Shown here in pieces: positions 23,061-34,608 of a stretch of DNA of 34,610 nucleotides; the first letter of the stretch is position 1, and each line of letters starts with the position of its first letter. A program made the position numbers and the translations under genes. The DNA is from Octopus bimaculoides (taxonomy: Eukaryota): NCBI RefSeq assembly GCF_001194135.2, contig NC_068995.1, positions 15,674,125 through 15,708,734 on the forward strand. The letters are read 5' to 3'. The notes under the pieces were generated by a model, which worked only from the letters and a program-made list of their open reading frames with translations, had not been told where the DNA came from and made no database searches.

Positions 23061-23896
23061 GGTAAGATTAACCGTAATGGATATATTATATTGTATACTT
23101 CGATTAATATACATATGTGTGTGTGCATGTGTGTGTGTGCATGTGTGTGTGTATTTTTGAAGGTTTTATATATGCAAATTAATTTTAGAAGTAGGTGACT
23201 AATGATAACATTTGAACCATGATATTTGTCTATATCCGGTTATACATTTTTTTTGTAGCATGAAAACTTCAACGTTTGTGAGAATGAAACTGTTCATTTT
23301 CTGTTTAGTTTTCTTAACAAAACCCCATTATTATTCTGTAGCAAGAACAATCTCTCTCTCTCTCACACACGCATACACACACACACACACACACATATTG
23401 ATATGTACATATATATATTTATCATGCAATCTGTATAAATGTATACTTCCATGTACATGTGCATACATATATATTCGCATACTAGAATCTATGTATTTGT
23501 TACGTAGTGCAACGTATGCCACGAACAGAAGTCAATTGCTATAAATGGGAAGTACCAAAAGTGGAATAAAGATATTTATTTAACATAACATATATTTCTT
23601 CTCTGCCGTTTGTTTTTCTTTTTTGCTTTTCATTGGTAGCGATGTAACATGTCGGCGAAAGCATGTACGGGGGGGGGTAGATATCAAAATAAAATACAGA
23701 AGTCTACAGAGATAAGAGAAGAACTGATAGTCACAGAGGAAGAGAGAAAGACAAGGGAGGCAATATAGATAGAATATTAGAGAAAAGGAAGGGATATATA
23801 TGAAGGGAGAGAGTAGGAGGGAGAGGAGGCGATGGAGGGAGATGAAGGGAAGGAGGGAAGGGGAGAGTTTATATACAGATAAGGATCAAAACTTAC

Positions 23897-24069
23897 ATAG
23901 AAAAATTGGAAATAAATGCCTCTTCCGGTAGGATGACATTGAATGTTGCTTTCCTGGCGTAGGTTTTGTTGTTCACCACCAAACTAGTTATTTCAGTGGT
24001 GGCAAAGCGGAATCTTATATCTGATTTCACATGAAATGAATAGACATCCGGTACATCTGGGTTTTGATG
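23897..24069 (-). CDS. ITIH: ITIH-like gene, first identified coding exon (VIT domain N-terminal half)
   Basis: Acceptor ttttttcag|CAT (exon starts 24069) and donor AT|gtaagt (exon ends 23897); 173 nt, phase 0 to 2. Encodes HQNPDVPDVYSFHVKSDIRFRFATTEITSLVVNNKTYARKATFNVILPEEAFISNFS(M), which matches the ITIH VIT pattern YS.xVxSxIxxRFAxTxxTSxVxN...EATFxxxLPxxAFIxNFSM. No specific paralogue number can be assigned. Confidence 0.93.
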
Positions 24070-24997
24070 CTGAAAAAAGTACACAAAACCCTAATAATTT
24101 ATGTCTTAATTATGGCACAATTATTGTAAAAGATTAATCACAAAATTCAAATTTGATAGATCTTATAACAAAATCAACAACAACAACAACAACAAAAAAA
24201 GGGACTAAAATGTTCATCACTCACCTCCCTGAAGAATGTAATTTTTCTTACTTAGCCACAAGGTCATATATTTCGTGGAGAGGAAATAATTCGTTTATTC
24301 GATCCCAGCGCTTGACTATAGCTATTTCGACTTACATCTTGCATGTTTATTTGGCTTTCTCTGAGATTGTCACAAAAAAGCTCTGGCGGCCCCGTATCGG
24401 GTCCCCTGTCGTATCACGTCACGTATTTTAATTACCGGGATATTATGTAACTAGAGGACTCAAACAAAGTTTAGCAGACTTAGCGATGCAGCAGGACACT
24501 TCGCTTGTTTACGGTGGGGGTACTTTGTGATGCAGATCCTACGGTTGGGTACTTAGTAACCACGCCACACGCATACTGGATTTTGAAGTGGGGGTGGGAT
24601 TTCTCTTCACATGTTTTATTGATAGTTGTTGACCCTGTGTCGGATACATCCGTTCTTTTTATAGGTTATGTTTTTCTTGCTGGATTTCTTGCCATCCCTT
24701 TCATCAGGCCAGCCAGGTTGTGTGTGTGAGTGTGTGTGTGTGTGTGTGTGTCATGGAGCCAGTTTTGTCGTCAAGAATCCGACTATGTTATAGTTCGTAT
24801 TGAATGATTTGTGACTGGCAATACAGAGATTTCCCTAATCTAAATATTTGATTGAGAGTTTACAAATTCTGGAAGCATAAAAGGTTAGTATGATTTCGTC
24901 AGGGTTTGAACTAACAATGTAAAGAGATGTAGCTTTTATCCTGCAAAGTATTAATCCTTTGCTTCCTACTTACTACCTAGACGTAGAGGCGCAGACA

Positions 24998-25323
24998 TAG
25001 GATCGCGGTTTCGATTCCCAGACCGGGCGTTGTGAGTGTTTATTGAGCGAAAACACCTAAAGGTCCACGAGGCTCCGGCAGGATAGTGGTGAACCCTGCT
25101 GTACTCTTTCACCACAACTTTCTCTCACTCTTACTTCCTGTTTCTGTTGTGCCTGTAATTCAAAGTCACATTGTGTCACGCTGAATATCCCCGAGAACTA
25201 CGTTAAGGGTACACGTGTCTGTGGAGTCCTCAGCCACTCGCACGTTAATTTCAAGAGCAGGCTGTTCCGTTGATCGGATCCACTGAAACCCTCGACGTCG
25301 TAAGCGACGGAGTGCCAACAACT
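24998..25323 (+). mobile_element. SINE-D, 5'-truncated
   Basis: Homologous to 20091-20470 from TAGGATCGCGGTTTCGATTCCCAGACC to GGAGTGCCAACAAC. Confidence 0.85.
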
Positions 25324-25395
25324 ACCTAAACACACAATGTTTTGGTATGTGTAGCCAAAAAGGTCAAAGTTTTTTTTTCATTTGAGATTGAAATT

Positions 25396-25575
25396 GACAA
25401 CCGATGGTAGTGTGTTTACGTCGCCGTAACTTAGCGGTTCGGCAAAAGAGAACCGATAGAATAAGTACTAAGCTTACAAAGAATAAGTCCTGGGGCTGAT
25501 TCGCTCGGCTAAAGGCGGTGCTCCAGCATGGCCGCAGTCAAATGACTGAAACAAGTAAAGGAGAAAAAAGAGAGA
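25396..25575 (+). mobile_element. SINE-B 3' module
   Basis: GTGTTTACGTCGCCGTAACTTAGCGGTTCGGCAAAAGAG...AAGGCGGTGCTCCAGCATGGCCGCAGTCAAATGACTGAAACAAGTAAAG. Confidence 0.8.
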
Positions 25576-26007
25576 GAAATTGCCAACTGTGTAAGGGTTG
25601 CAATTGCTTTTATTAAATTGATTATGGTTTCCCAGCATAGACATTTCCAGACCCTGTCAGTATTTCCAAAATAAACACATAGGAATTGTAATAATCTTCT
25701 GAAATTGACATTAAAATTATACCGTAGGCATAACAGAGCAGGTAAATAATTGTGGTGACCCAAATGAACAAAGATCAATTATATTGATACGATAAATGCG
25801 TAGACGCATACTTGTATCGATACAAAAGATCAATACTGCATTGGTATAGTAAATACTTTGCAATTGTACAAAGAAATATATAGAAAGTATTGCTACAATA
25901 GCAGTATAAGAGATACAGAAGAACCGTATTGCTATAGTAGTTACATAGCAACTGTATTATTGCATTAGACCAAGTAGCTGTACTGCTTTAATATACAAAG
26001 AAATAGC

Positions 26008-26059
<52 letters not shown>

Positions 26060-26699
26060 GCGTGCGTATATATATATATATACATCTATATATACCAATA
26101 CTACTGCAACAATAGATAGTGACATTAATGAGACTATAGATACTTAGCACCTTTGTATATACAATCGATCTATCGTAGTTGTGGGTATATATATATATAT
26201 ATATATAAAACGGAGATGCATTGGAATTGCTGAACACTCAATGATTCCACTTCGGTCCTGCAGATCGACAACAACTCCCAGCCAACACATTGCAATCTCT
26301 GGCCAACAGACGTGTTATCTCTCTATTTTACCACGACTACAACGTCGTCTGCTCATCAGATAGCTACATGTCACCTCTTCCAACACACTCTTCTCTTCTC
26401 GTTACATATACTGTATTTTTCTTTCTAGGCCCAGCACTAATTCTATCGCTCATCGTTCTTTCCTATAATACCAACGGTCTAGAATTCATATCTCCAGAAT
26501 AAAGCTATATAAGTATAATCCAATCACGCCAACCTGTTTGGCCTGACCTTCTGGTCATCGAAAGCCTTTGATGATGTTCGTTGTGCTATATGTATCCAGA
26601 CCTGGGTTTTAGAGAGGAATTACCGTGAATGCATGGCACAGTAACAACCTCTGCAATTCCCTAGATTCCAAGATCTAATAATAAACCCGTTGGACAATT

Positions 26700-27170
26700 T
26701 TCCCTCGTATGGCATCGGTGGACTCCAAACCAATCTTTACACAATCTCTTACTAACACGCACACTCCAGATCTTATTCTCCTAGAGACACATCTCTCTGT
26801 CTAACCCGTTGTCTTTTTCCCAATATCTAAGCTTCACCCCTTACTTAAACTTTCCACATAAAGGGTTGTGTGCTCATCTATAAGCCTCACTCTTCGTTTA
26901 CTCCCTTCCTGTTATTCTGGCTCGAATCTCTGTCATTATCACTCCTCTCAATGTATCTGCTTTCTCTTCCAGTCTCCGAATTCTTCTAACTACCACTCTT
27001 CGAACATATCTCTTCCTGCATCGAGGAAATCTCTCTCGCTTCACCCCATCTCTGAAATACTCATCCTCGGCGACTTCAACACTCACAACTCTTCTTGGCC
27101 CTTACGCTCATCCAACAGTGATGCATCCAATGCAGAAACTGAGTCGTTTACAAACCTCTGCGTCTCTCTA
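26700..27170 (+). mobile_element. LINE apurinic endonuclease (APE) domain remnant
   Basis: Motifs in the correct order across frameshifts: PDLILLETHLS (D.xxxxET), HKGLCA (KGGVC), ICFLFQSPNS (YRSP), EILILGDFNTHNSSW (GDFNxH). This explains the 26868..27395 ORF. Confidence 0.8.
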
Positions 27171-27290
27171 CGGCCACTACTTTTGTCACTTAGACACACT
27201 TCTGACATAGAAACACCGAAAATCATTGAACACGTTTTTAAAGCTAAACTTCAGCCATACTATCAGAATCTCTTCAATTATACAGAACAC

Positions 27291-27291
27291 A

Positions 27292-27370
<79 letters not shown>

Positions 27371-27377
27371 GCGCGCG
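27291..27377. repeat. (CA)n microsatellite with (CG)n end
   Basis: Directly visible. Similar tracts occur at 26010-26080, 27953-27992, 32220-32303 and 33800-33864. Confidence 0.95.
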
Positions 27378-28379
27378 AAAGATATAGTCGGATAAATAGA
27401 CTTTTTAAAAGTTTTGCACTTATTTTATTGATTTCTTTTGCCGAACCTTTAAGGTAGGGAACGTAAACAAATCAACAGCGAATATTGTGGCATATGAAGT
27501 TAGCTGACAGGACTGATCTCACTATTTCAAGTAGCACAGGTGCTTCACTTCCGACACATAATAAACTGACTTATTAGTGTGAGTTTGCTCACGAATTCAC
27601 TCCAAACTCTAGTCAAAAATGCCATTGTTTCTTTTCTCTGTCTTTTCCACCTCTGTTAGAAAGAAGCTTCTCAAAGCTGGCTGATCTAGTTCGACCTCCA
27701 CTCAAGCACTCGTCTCTCCTTCTCTCGACAACCATATTTTGTCCATTTAATGTAACCACTAAGCCTAGACTTTTCTCTCCAGAATAATTGTCTATGGAAT
27801 GTCCAACTCGTACTTGACTTCCCTGTAGACGTCGATTTTTAACTACTAACAGGATTCGTGACATCAGTGTCGGTACGCTTGAGCAATGACCTTCCCCGAG
27901 ACGAAAACGAGAAAAATAATGACAGACCACATTACAGTTGTAGTTAAACAACACACACACGCGCGCGCACGCACGCACGCACGCACGCACACTAATTGTA
28001 TTGCTATAACTGTTACACAACAGTAATATTGATTATTAATAGATTCAGAACAATTATATTGCTATAACGGACACTGAACAATCTTATTATAATGGCTGTA
28101 GAGCATTTATATTCATATAATTGGTACATAACAAGTTTATTGACACAATAGACACAAGACAATTGTCTCACGTACAAAATAGAGAACCACTCAGTTGATT
28201 AGAGACAAGTTGTCTACTTTTCCTACCCTTTTTTAGTGCTACCACAACGTCTTCTATACCTCAAGGGTAGCTAACTGCATGCCACTGATACCCAATCTTA
28301 CCCGAAAATTGTGTATCCCCTCGACACTTATTCTGTATATCTCTTCATTCACCTGCACTAAATACTAGGGCTTAACCTA

Positions 28380-29010
28380 GCTCCGCCAAAGATGAACTCT
28401 CTAGAATTCTCTTTCTCACAGACATAGAAGAAAAACGTCGGGTAATTTGAGGCAGTTTTCACCTTATTCCGCCCTTCATTTCACTACTACCACAAAGGAT
28501 CCTATTCCTTAAAGGTAGCTAACTATTTGACGCCTATAGTCAAACTTAACCTTTTGGGATTCCCTTTCTTGCGACCTCAAACCAGTAGAATTTATAACAT
28601 AGTCGACACATGATAATTTCAGTGGCAGAACAGACACGATAAAAATGTATTGACATTTCTGTCAAATATATTTCAAACCTTCATTTCTTATAATTGAGTA
28701 AAAAACACATTTTGTCGTGAAAACTTGCCAATAAAATCGATACTCTGACACAGGCCAGATTTTTCATCTATTTTAGACGGTCGACGAAGCTCGGATCAGT
28801 CACTGATGGGATTCCGAAATCGAAACATTAAATTACATATTGCCAACTGCTATTTCTCCGGTTCGTTAATAGTTTCGATATTCCGCTGCCCTCAAATATG
28901 ATCTCAGTAAAGAGTGTGAGTAAATGTTTACGAAACCGAGACTGTAATGCGGTTTCAATTCCCTCCATTGCCTCCCTTACCCCCGTCAAATTTTTTTCCA
29001 TCAATATCGT
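28380..29010 (+). mobile_element. Probable LINE ORF2 C-terminal remnant, possibly the same element as 26700-27170
   Basis: Frame-broken echoes SLSHRH, KKHILS.KLANKIDTLTQARFF and VSIP..FF, in the order expected after the RT domain of CR1/Jockey-like LINEs. Heavily decayed. Confidence 0.45.
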
Positions 29011-29019
29011 TTTGAGAAA

Positions 29020-29423
29020 AGGAGGTGAGCTGGCAGAATCGTTACCACGCCGGGCAAAATGCTTACCGGTATTTCGTCTGAGTTCAAATTCCACCGAAGT
29101 CGTCTTTGCCTTTCATCCATTCGGGGTCGATAAACTAAGTACCAGTAGCGCACTGGGGTCGATGTAATCGACTTAATCCCTTTGTCTGTCCCCTCTATGT
29201 TTAGCCCCTTGTGGGCAACAAAAAAATAAGAAACGTTAGCACGCCGGGTGAAATGCTTAGAGGTATTTCGTCTGTCTTTATGTTCTGAGTTCAATTTCCG
29301 CCGATGTCGACTTTGCCTTTCATCCTTTCGGGGTCGATAAATTAAGTATCAGTTAAATACTAATTGACTGGCCCCCGCCTCCTAGAATTTTGGGCCTTGT
29401 GCCTAGAGTAGAAAAGACTATCA
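29020..29423 (+). mobile_element. Two head-to-tail SINE-A copies (29020-29230, 29231-29423) with different 3' tails
   Basis: Both have the A head and core. The first ends in TTAATCCCTTTGTCTGTCCC..AGCCCCTTGTGGGCAA and the second in GGGCCTTGTGCCTAGAGTAGAAAAGA. Confidence 0.85.
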
Positions 29424-30399
29424 TTTTTGAGGAAAAAATGCAACTGTCACACAGTATTTACATTTGTCAATAAATTGCAGACTTCACTTCAGGAACATAT
29501 TTTTTTATATGTGCTTTCATTTGTGACCTGTGTATTTCTTTTGATGGAGTATGACAAGGAGTCTGGTCGGGTGAATTGTCTATTAGAGATATTGGTATCA
29601 AGCGAATTTATAGACAGAACATTTAAGGAAAGAAACATGCCACCTTTGAAATTTCCCCCAACGAGGATTATCTCCAAATGTTTTTAGTGAAGAAAAAATT
29701 GTTCCCGGCTAGAAAAGGAACTTAATTCAGAACTCAGCTCAGAATATATATCCATGATATACGAACCAGCAAGAAACCCTTATATAGACGCTCGATTTGA
29801 CGGAATTAGTAGTAAAAATCTCTCTTAAATCGCACCTATATCAACTTTGAGCAAGAACACATTGGCTAACGTAAACTAAAGCACACGTTACCTTCAAAGA
29901 TGACCATGGCTAGGTCTAAAATGCAACAACAACAACCACTGCACAACTCTTGCCTCCACCATATATCTACTACTGATTAAAACAATGTGTATCTTTATTC
30001 TTTAGAGAATGATATAACTTGTGGAAATAAGTTATAAAATGTGCACGCTTCGAAGAACAGTTATGCTCCAAATGTCAGGAGCCATCTCTTCTCACAAGAG
30101 AATAAATTCTCTTAGTTTTCGAGTTTTATAACATTTACAGGCGAATGAACAAATGAACAACTTGCTTACTTTTACAAAAACGATGGCTTGTAATGAGTGA
30201 TAGTTCAAGTATTATATTAAGTCATTTAATCAGGCCGCAAGTCGCTAGTGTCAATACATATATGATTGCATATGAAATATAACGTTGACCATCAATTTGA
30301 TATACATCGGAAGTAATAGTATTGATTTTATAAATAAGAATCAAGACCAGATATTTACAAGTCATAGTAAAACCAATTTTGATATTCATAACTTTTTTA

Positions 30400-30613
30400 A
30401 GGCGGCGAGCTTGCAGAATCGTCAGCACACCGGGCAAAATGCTTAGCTGTATTTCGTCCGTCTTTACGTTCTGCGTTCAAATTTCAGGGAGGCTGACTTT
30501 GCCTTTCATCCTTTAGGAGTCGATAAAATAAGTACCAGTTGAACACTGGAGTCGATGTAATCGACTTAACTCACATCCCCTGAGCTTGCTGGCCTTCTGC
30601 TAAAATTTCAAAC
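30400..30613 (+). mobile_element. SINE-A, full length
   Basis: GGCGGCGAGCTTGCAGAATCG head, core, and GCTGGCCTT..CTAAAATTTCAAAC tail. Confidence 0.85.
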
Positions 30614-32009
30614 TGGTATTCATACCTTTCTGTGAGAATTAGGGGTGTAAATGTAGTGAAATCACTTATTTCGATAATTGCCTCTTTTAGCAGCGGCCAC
30701 ATTTGAATTGTTGTAGTTAACATTCATAGTCAGCGATTTGCATCAATCAGGTCTAACTAGTTTCCTATGACTATAGAAAATGTCCCGATATTTTAGAAAA
30801 GGCTTAGTAGACGTTTCATGCCTTAGCTCATAGTTAGTAAATCCTTTGGTAGACAGATAAAAATAAAACTAAATCTGTGTCTTAAAATAACATAACCGGA
30901 TTTAAACAGTTATTCGGTTTCAACACCATGTCTGATTTAAAAATTTCATTTAGAGCATTAACTGAGACTGGGTCTTGAAACCGGATCGCATTGTTGGTTT
31001 TTTAACCTTTTTCTCTGCAGGGCCAATCATTTACACCATAGAAGGCATCATGGTATATTTTATTCTTCCGAAGAAATCAATGTCGTAAAGCAATGAAATA
31101 TGCTGTGGTACAATGCAAGCGGGAAGAAGTTTTAATATATAGTTGGAAGCTGTTTAATTACGAGTAATTATGCTTTTACCTCAAAGTGTAAAGTGGGATT
31201 GAATTGTTAATTTATGCTTTTATGTGTCAAGGTCACAACTTATTTTCACTTTTGGTTTATTTCTTCTTTGGGAAGGAGGGAAGGAATTTAATCCTTCTCA
31301 TTGACACTGTGGAGTAACAAGATTAAATGACAAATTGCACATTTCTATAACTGGCGTATGACATTAAAACAATTCCCCGCTCGACTTATCACATTGCAAA
31401 ACAAAGGAGTGAGTGAAAGAAAGTGTGAGTGTATGTGTGTATGTGTGTGCATGAGCGGAAGAGAGGAAGAAAGTGAAAGAGTATTAGCGTCTAGAGCGCC
31501 ATTCATCTAGTAGCTGAATTTCATTTGCATTTTCGTTTTCAGTTGAAAAGAGTCGAATAAGCATTCCTTGTGTCTGGCGGTGGAAGAGTATAAAGCTGTT
31601 TGCATGAGCGTGCGTGTTTATGCGCGCGCGTGAGCTTAGAAATTATAACCTGTCAGTATAAGTGATATTTGTAGCATGTTGTCTAGTAAGCCTACTACAC
31701 AGTTAGTGACTAAATTACCCACTATTAATCTAGATAAGTAATTATTCTAGTATGATCGATAAAAACCTCTGAATGCCGTTCTACAAGACTGTTGTGCAAT
31801 AACCAAGATGTATTACACAACTTTAATTGACCAAATTTCACATTTCTCACTGTCCACTCACTCACTTCGTACATTTTTAGTAAGTCATTCTGCAGTGACA
31901 TTGGGATAATTACTTTCCTGATGAGGTTCAATAAAACCTAAACTTGCATAGCGTTATTCCCTTATTGTTAAAGATCAAATTCATAATCCACAATTTCTGT
32001 TAGCTTGTA

Positions 32010-32219
32010 TCTTTCAATTTATTTCAGGCATTAGACTGCTACCATGCTGGGGCACCGCCTTGAAGAATTTTAGTTGACCATATCGACCCCCAGTAATTAT
32101 TCTTTTACGTAAAGCCTGCTGCTTATTCTAACACCTTTGCCAAACTGCTAGGTTACGGGGAGGTATATACACCAATACCAGTTGTCAATTGGCGGTGGTG
32201 TATAAACACACTCTCAAAG

Positions 32220-32280
<61 letters not shown>

Positions 32281-32469
32281 CACACGCACACACACACACA
32301 CACATGTCATGGGCTTCTTTCAGTTTCCGTCCACCAAGTCCACTCAGAAACCTTTGGTCGGCCTGAGGATATAGCAGAAAATACTTGCTCAAGTGGCCAC
32401 GTAGTGCGACTGAACACAGACCATGTGGTTGGGAAACAAACTTCTTACCACACAGCCACGCCAGCGCCT
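32010..32469 (-). mobile_element. SINE-B, full length with long internal (CA)n
   Basis: The minus strand starts AGGCGCTGGCGTGGCTGTGTGGTAAGAAG and is collinear with 4568-4946. Confidence 0.8.
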
Positions 32470-32553
32470 CTCTCTCTTCTCGTATATATATATAAAATGC
32501 AAATTTTTCCATTTATCATGTCAGAATTTGTTGGACTTGTTAATAATTCTTCC

Positions 32554-32750
32554 AAATTTTGGCAAAAAGCCAGCAAGTTTTGGAACGGGGTTAAGCTGAT
32601 TAAACCGACCTGTGATCCCTTGCTACTTATTAAAGACGAAACGCATCGTCGAATTCGAAGGAATTTGAGCTCAGAACGCTAAGTACCAGAAGAAACACCA
32701 CTGAGCATTGTATCCGGACGCGCTAACGATTCTGTCAGCTCACCGCTTTC
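32554..32750 (-). mobile_element. SINE-A, degenerate
   Basis: Reverse complement of the head (GCTAACGATTCTGTCAGCTCACCGC) and of the tail (AAATTTTGGCAAAAAGCCAGCAA). Confidence 0.65.
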
Positions 32751-33140
32751 GATGTATTAGTCATTTAGCTCTTAAATGCTGTGGATGTATATATTTTATG
32801 GTGCTTATACGCCAATTTAATATATTGATTGTAATTAATGTATATTCCGGTGTTGTTCCCTTGAGAAGAATTAATCATTTAGATAACAATACTTTCAAAC
32901 CATTAAGTGTGTAATTTTAATAAATTAGAATAGCTTGATTCGCTATATCATAATTCTGGAGCCACTTTACTGTTGAGGGGTTAGTTACATGGTTCAAAGA
33001 ATAAGAGTTCTTTAAAAAGTAAACAAAAAGAGATTTCGATGAATTTCATGTTTTAGTATGAAGTAGTTTGTGTATATGAACCACGAGAAAAGTGTTCAAA
33101 CCTTATTTGTGTTTTAATGAATTTGTTTTTTACGCGTCCA

Positions 33141-33282
33141 TAAAAATGCTGAGTTTTCCCAACCATATAGTTTCGGGTTCAGTCCCACTGTTTTGCACCT
33201 TGGGTGTCTTCTACTATAGCCTCGGACAACCAAAGCCTTGTGAGTGGATTTCGTAGACGAAAACTGAAAAAAGACCGTCGTA
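33141..33282 (+). mobile_element. SINE-B head running into (TA)n and an assembly gap
   Basis: CCCAACCATATAGTTTCGGGTTCAGTCCCACTG...AAAGCCTTGTGAGTGGATTT.GTAGACGAAAACTGAAA. Confidence 0.8.
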
Positions 33283-33288
33283 TGTATA

Positions 33289-33339
<51 letters not shown>

Positions 33340-33799
33340 NNNNNNNNNNNNNNNNNNNNNNNNNNNNNNNNNNNNNNNNNNNNNNNNNNNNNNNNNNNNN
33401 NNNNNNNNNNNNNNNNNNNNNNNNNNNNNNNNNNNNNNNNNNNNNNNNNNNNNNNNNNNNNNNNNNNNNNNNNNNNNNNNNNNNNNNNNNNNNNNNNNNN
33501 NNNNNNNNNNNNNNNNNNNNNNNNNNNNNNNNNNNNNNNNNNNNNNNNNNNNNNNNNNNNNNNNNNNNNNNNNNNNNNNNNNNNNNNNNNNNNNNNNNNN
33601 NNNNNNNNNNNNNNNNNNNNNNNNNNNNNNNNNNNNNNNNNNNNNNNNNNNNNNNNNNNNNNNNNNNNNNNNNNNNNNNNNNNNNNNNNNNNNNNNNNNN
33701 NNNNNNNNNNNNNNNNNNNNNNNNNNNNNNNNNNNNNNNNNNNNNNNNNNNNNNNNNNNNNNNNNNNNNNNNNNNNNNNNNNNNNNNNNNNNNNNNNNN

Positions 33800-33867
<68 letters not shown>

Positions 33868-34279
33868 AGAATACGCGTATTTGCGTTGCTTTCCACGAGG
33901 TAAAGAAGGATAAAAGACAAGCTTGAAGAGTAAAGAAACAAAAGCCGGTGCACAGAATTTTGAATGATGCTAATGACTGCAAGCTACAGCCGGATTTGAA
34001 TTGAGTGTTCGTGTCGCCTACCGTATTGCAATGAAAAAGCTGAGTCCAATTGAAGCAAAGCCCAATTGAACGGTATGGCTAACTTGGCAACAAAAGAAAA
34101 AAAAAAAAAGAAAAAAAAAGAAAAAAAAAGAAAAAACCCACAATCGAGTAAACTTGTGTTAAAATATGGCGGAAACATTAAAGGTGAAATAAAAACATGA
34201 AGGCCTTAGAGAATATATGTAATTATATGTGTGTATGTGTAGAAACAATTGTATATGTACATACTCAAACGGACAAATA

Positions 34280-34310
34280 TACAGGGTGTTCATAAACTAT
34301 CATTACATAT
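34280..34310 (+). mobile_element. Possible Tc1/mariner terminal inverted repeat (TA-CAGGGTG)
   Basis: TACAGGGTGTTCATAAA resembles a Tc1/mariner end with a TA target site. The partner TIR was not found. Confidence 0.3.
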
Positions 34311-34443
34311 TCCACGGGTACATGAAAGATATTCCATTGGGTGCATGAGTTGCGTGCAACCAACGAAACCCATGAAAAAGTGTTCTGATGTTTCTAATGA
34401 AATTTGTTTGCCTATATTTTCCAATAAACTTTGGTGTGGTATC

Positions 34444-34449
<6 letters not shown>

Positions 34450-34484
<35 letters not shown>

Positions 34485-34527
34485 TATACATACATATACA
34501 TATATATATATACATATATATATATAC

Positions 34528-34574
<47 letters not shown>

Positions 34575-34575
34575 C

Positions 34576-34608
<33 letters not shown>

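Noticed and set aside
26868-27395. 175-aa plus-strand ORF as a host gene
   Set aside because: It is a frameshifted LINE endonuclease remnant (GDFNTH) read through into a (CA)n repeat.
30626-30723. Strong minus-strand donor AAG|gtatga with upstream ATG frame MLTTTIQMWPLLKEAII...
   Set aside because: It ends in phase 2, which is incompatible with the phase-0 acceptor at 24069, and it is not signal-peptide-like.
31918-31943. CTGATGA-GGTT...AACC-TAAAC hammerhead-like motif
   Set aside because: GAAA is absent (TAAA instead) and stems I and III cannot be formed from the flanks.
33114-33982. Long minus-strand ORFs with signal-peptide-like starts (MHRLLFLY..., MQSLASFK...) as a possible ITIH first exon
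   Set aside because: They start at GTG/TTG rather than ATG, their hydrophobicity comes from T-rich sequence, there is no good donor, and their length is an artefact of (CA)n plus a 460-nt N gap.
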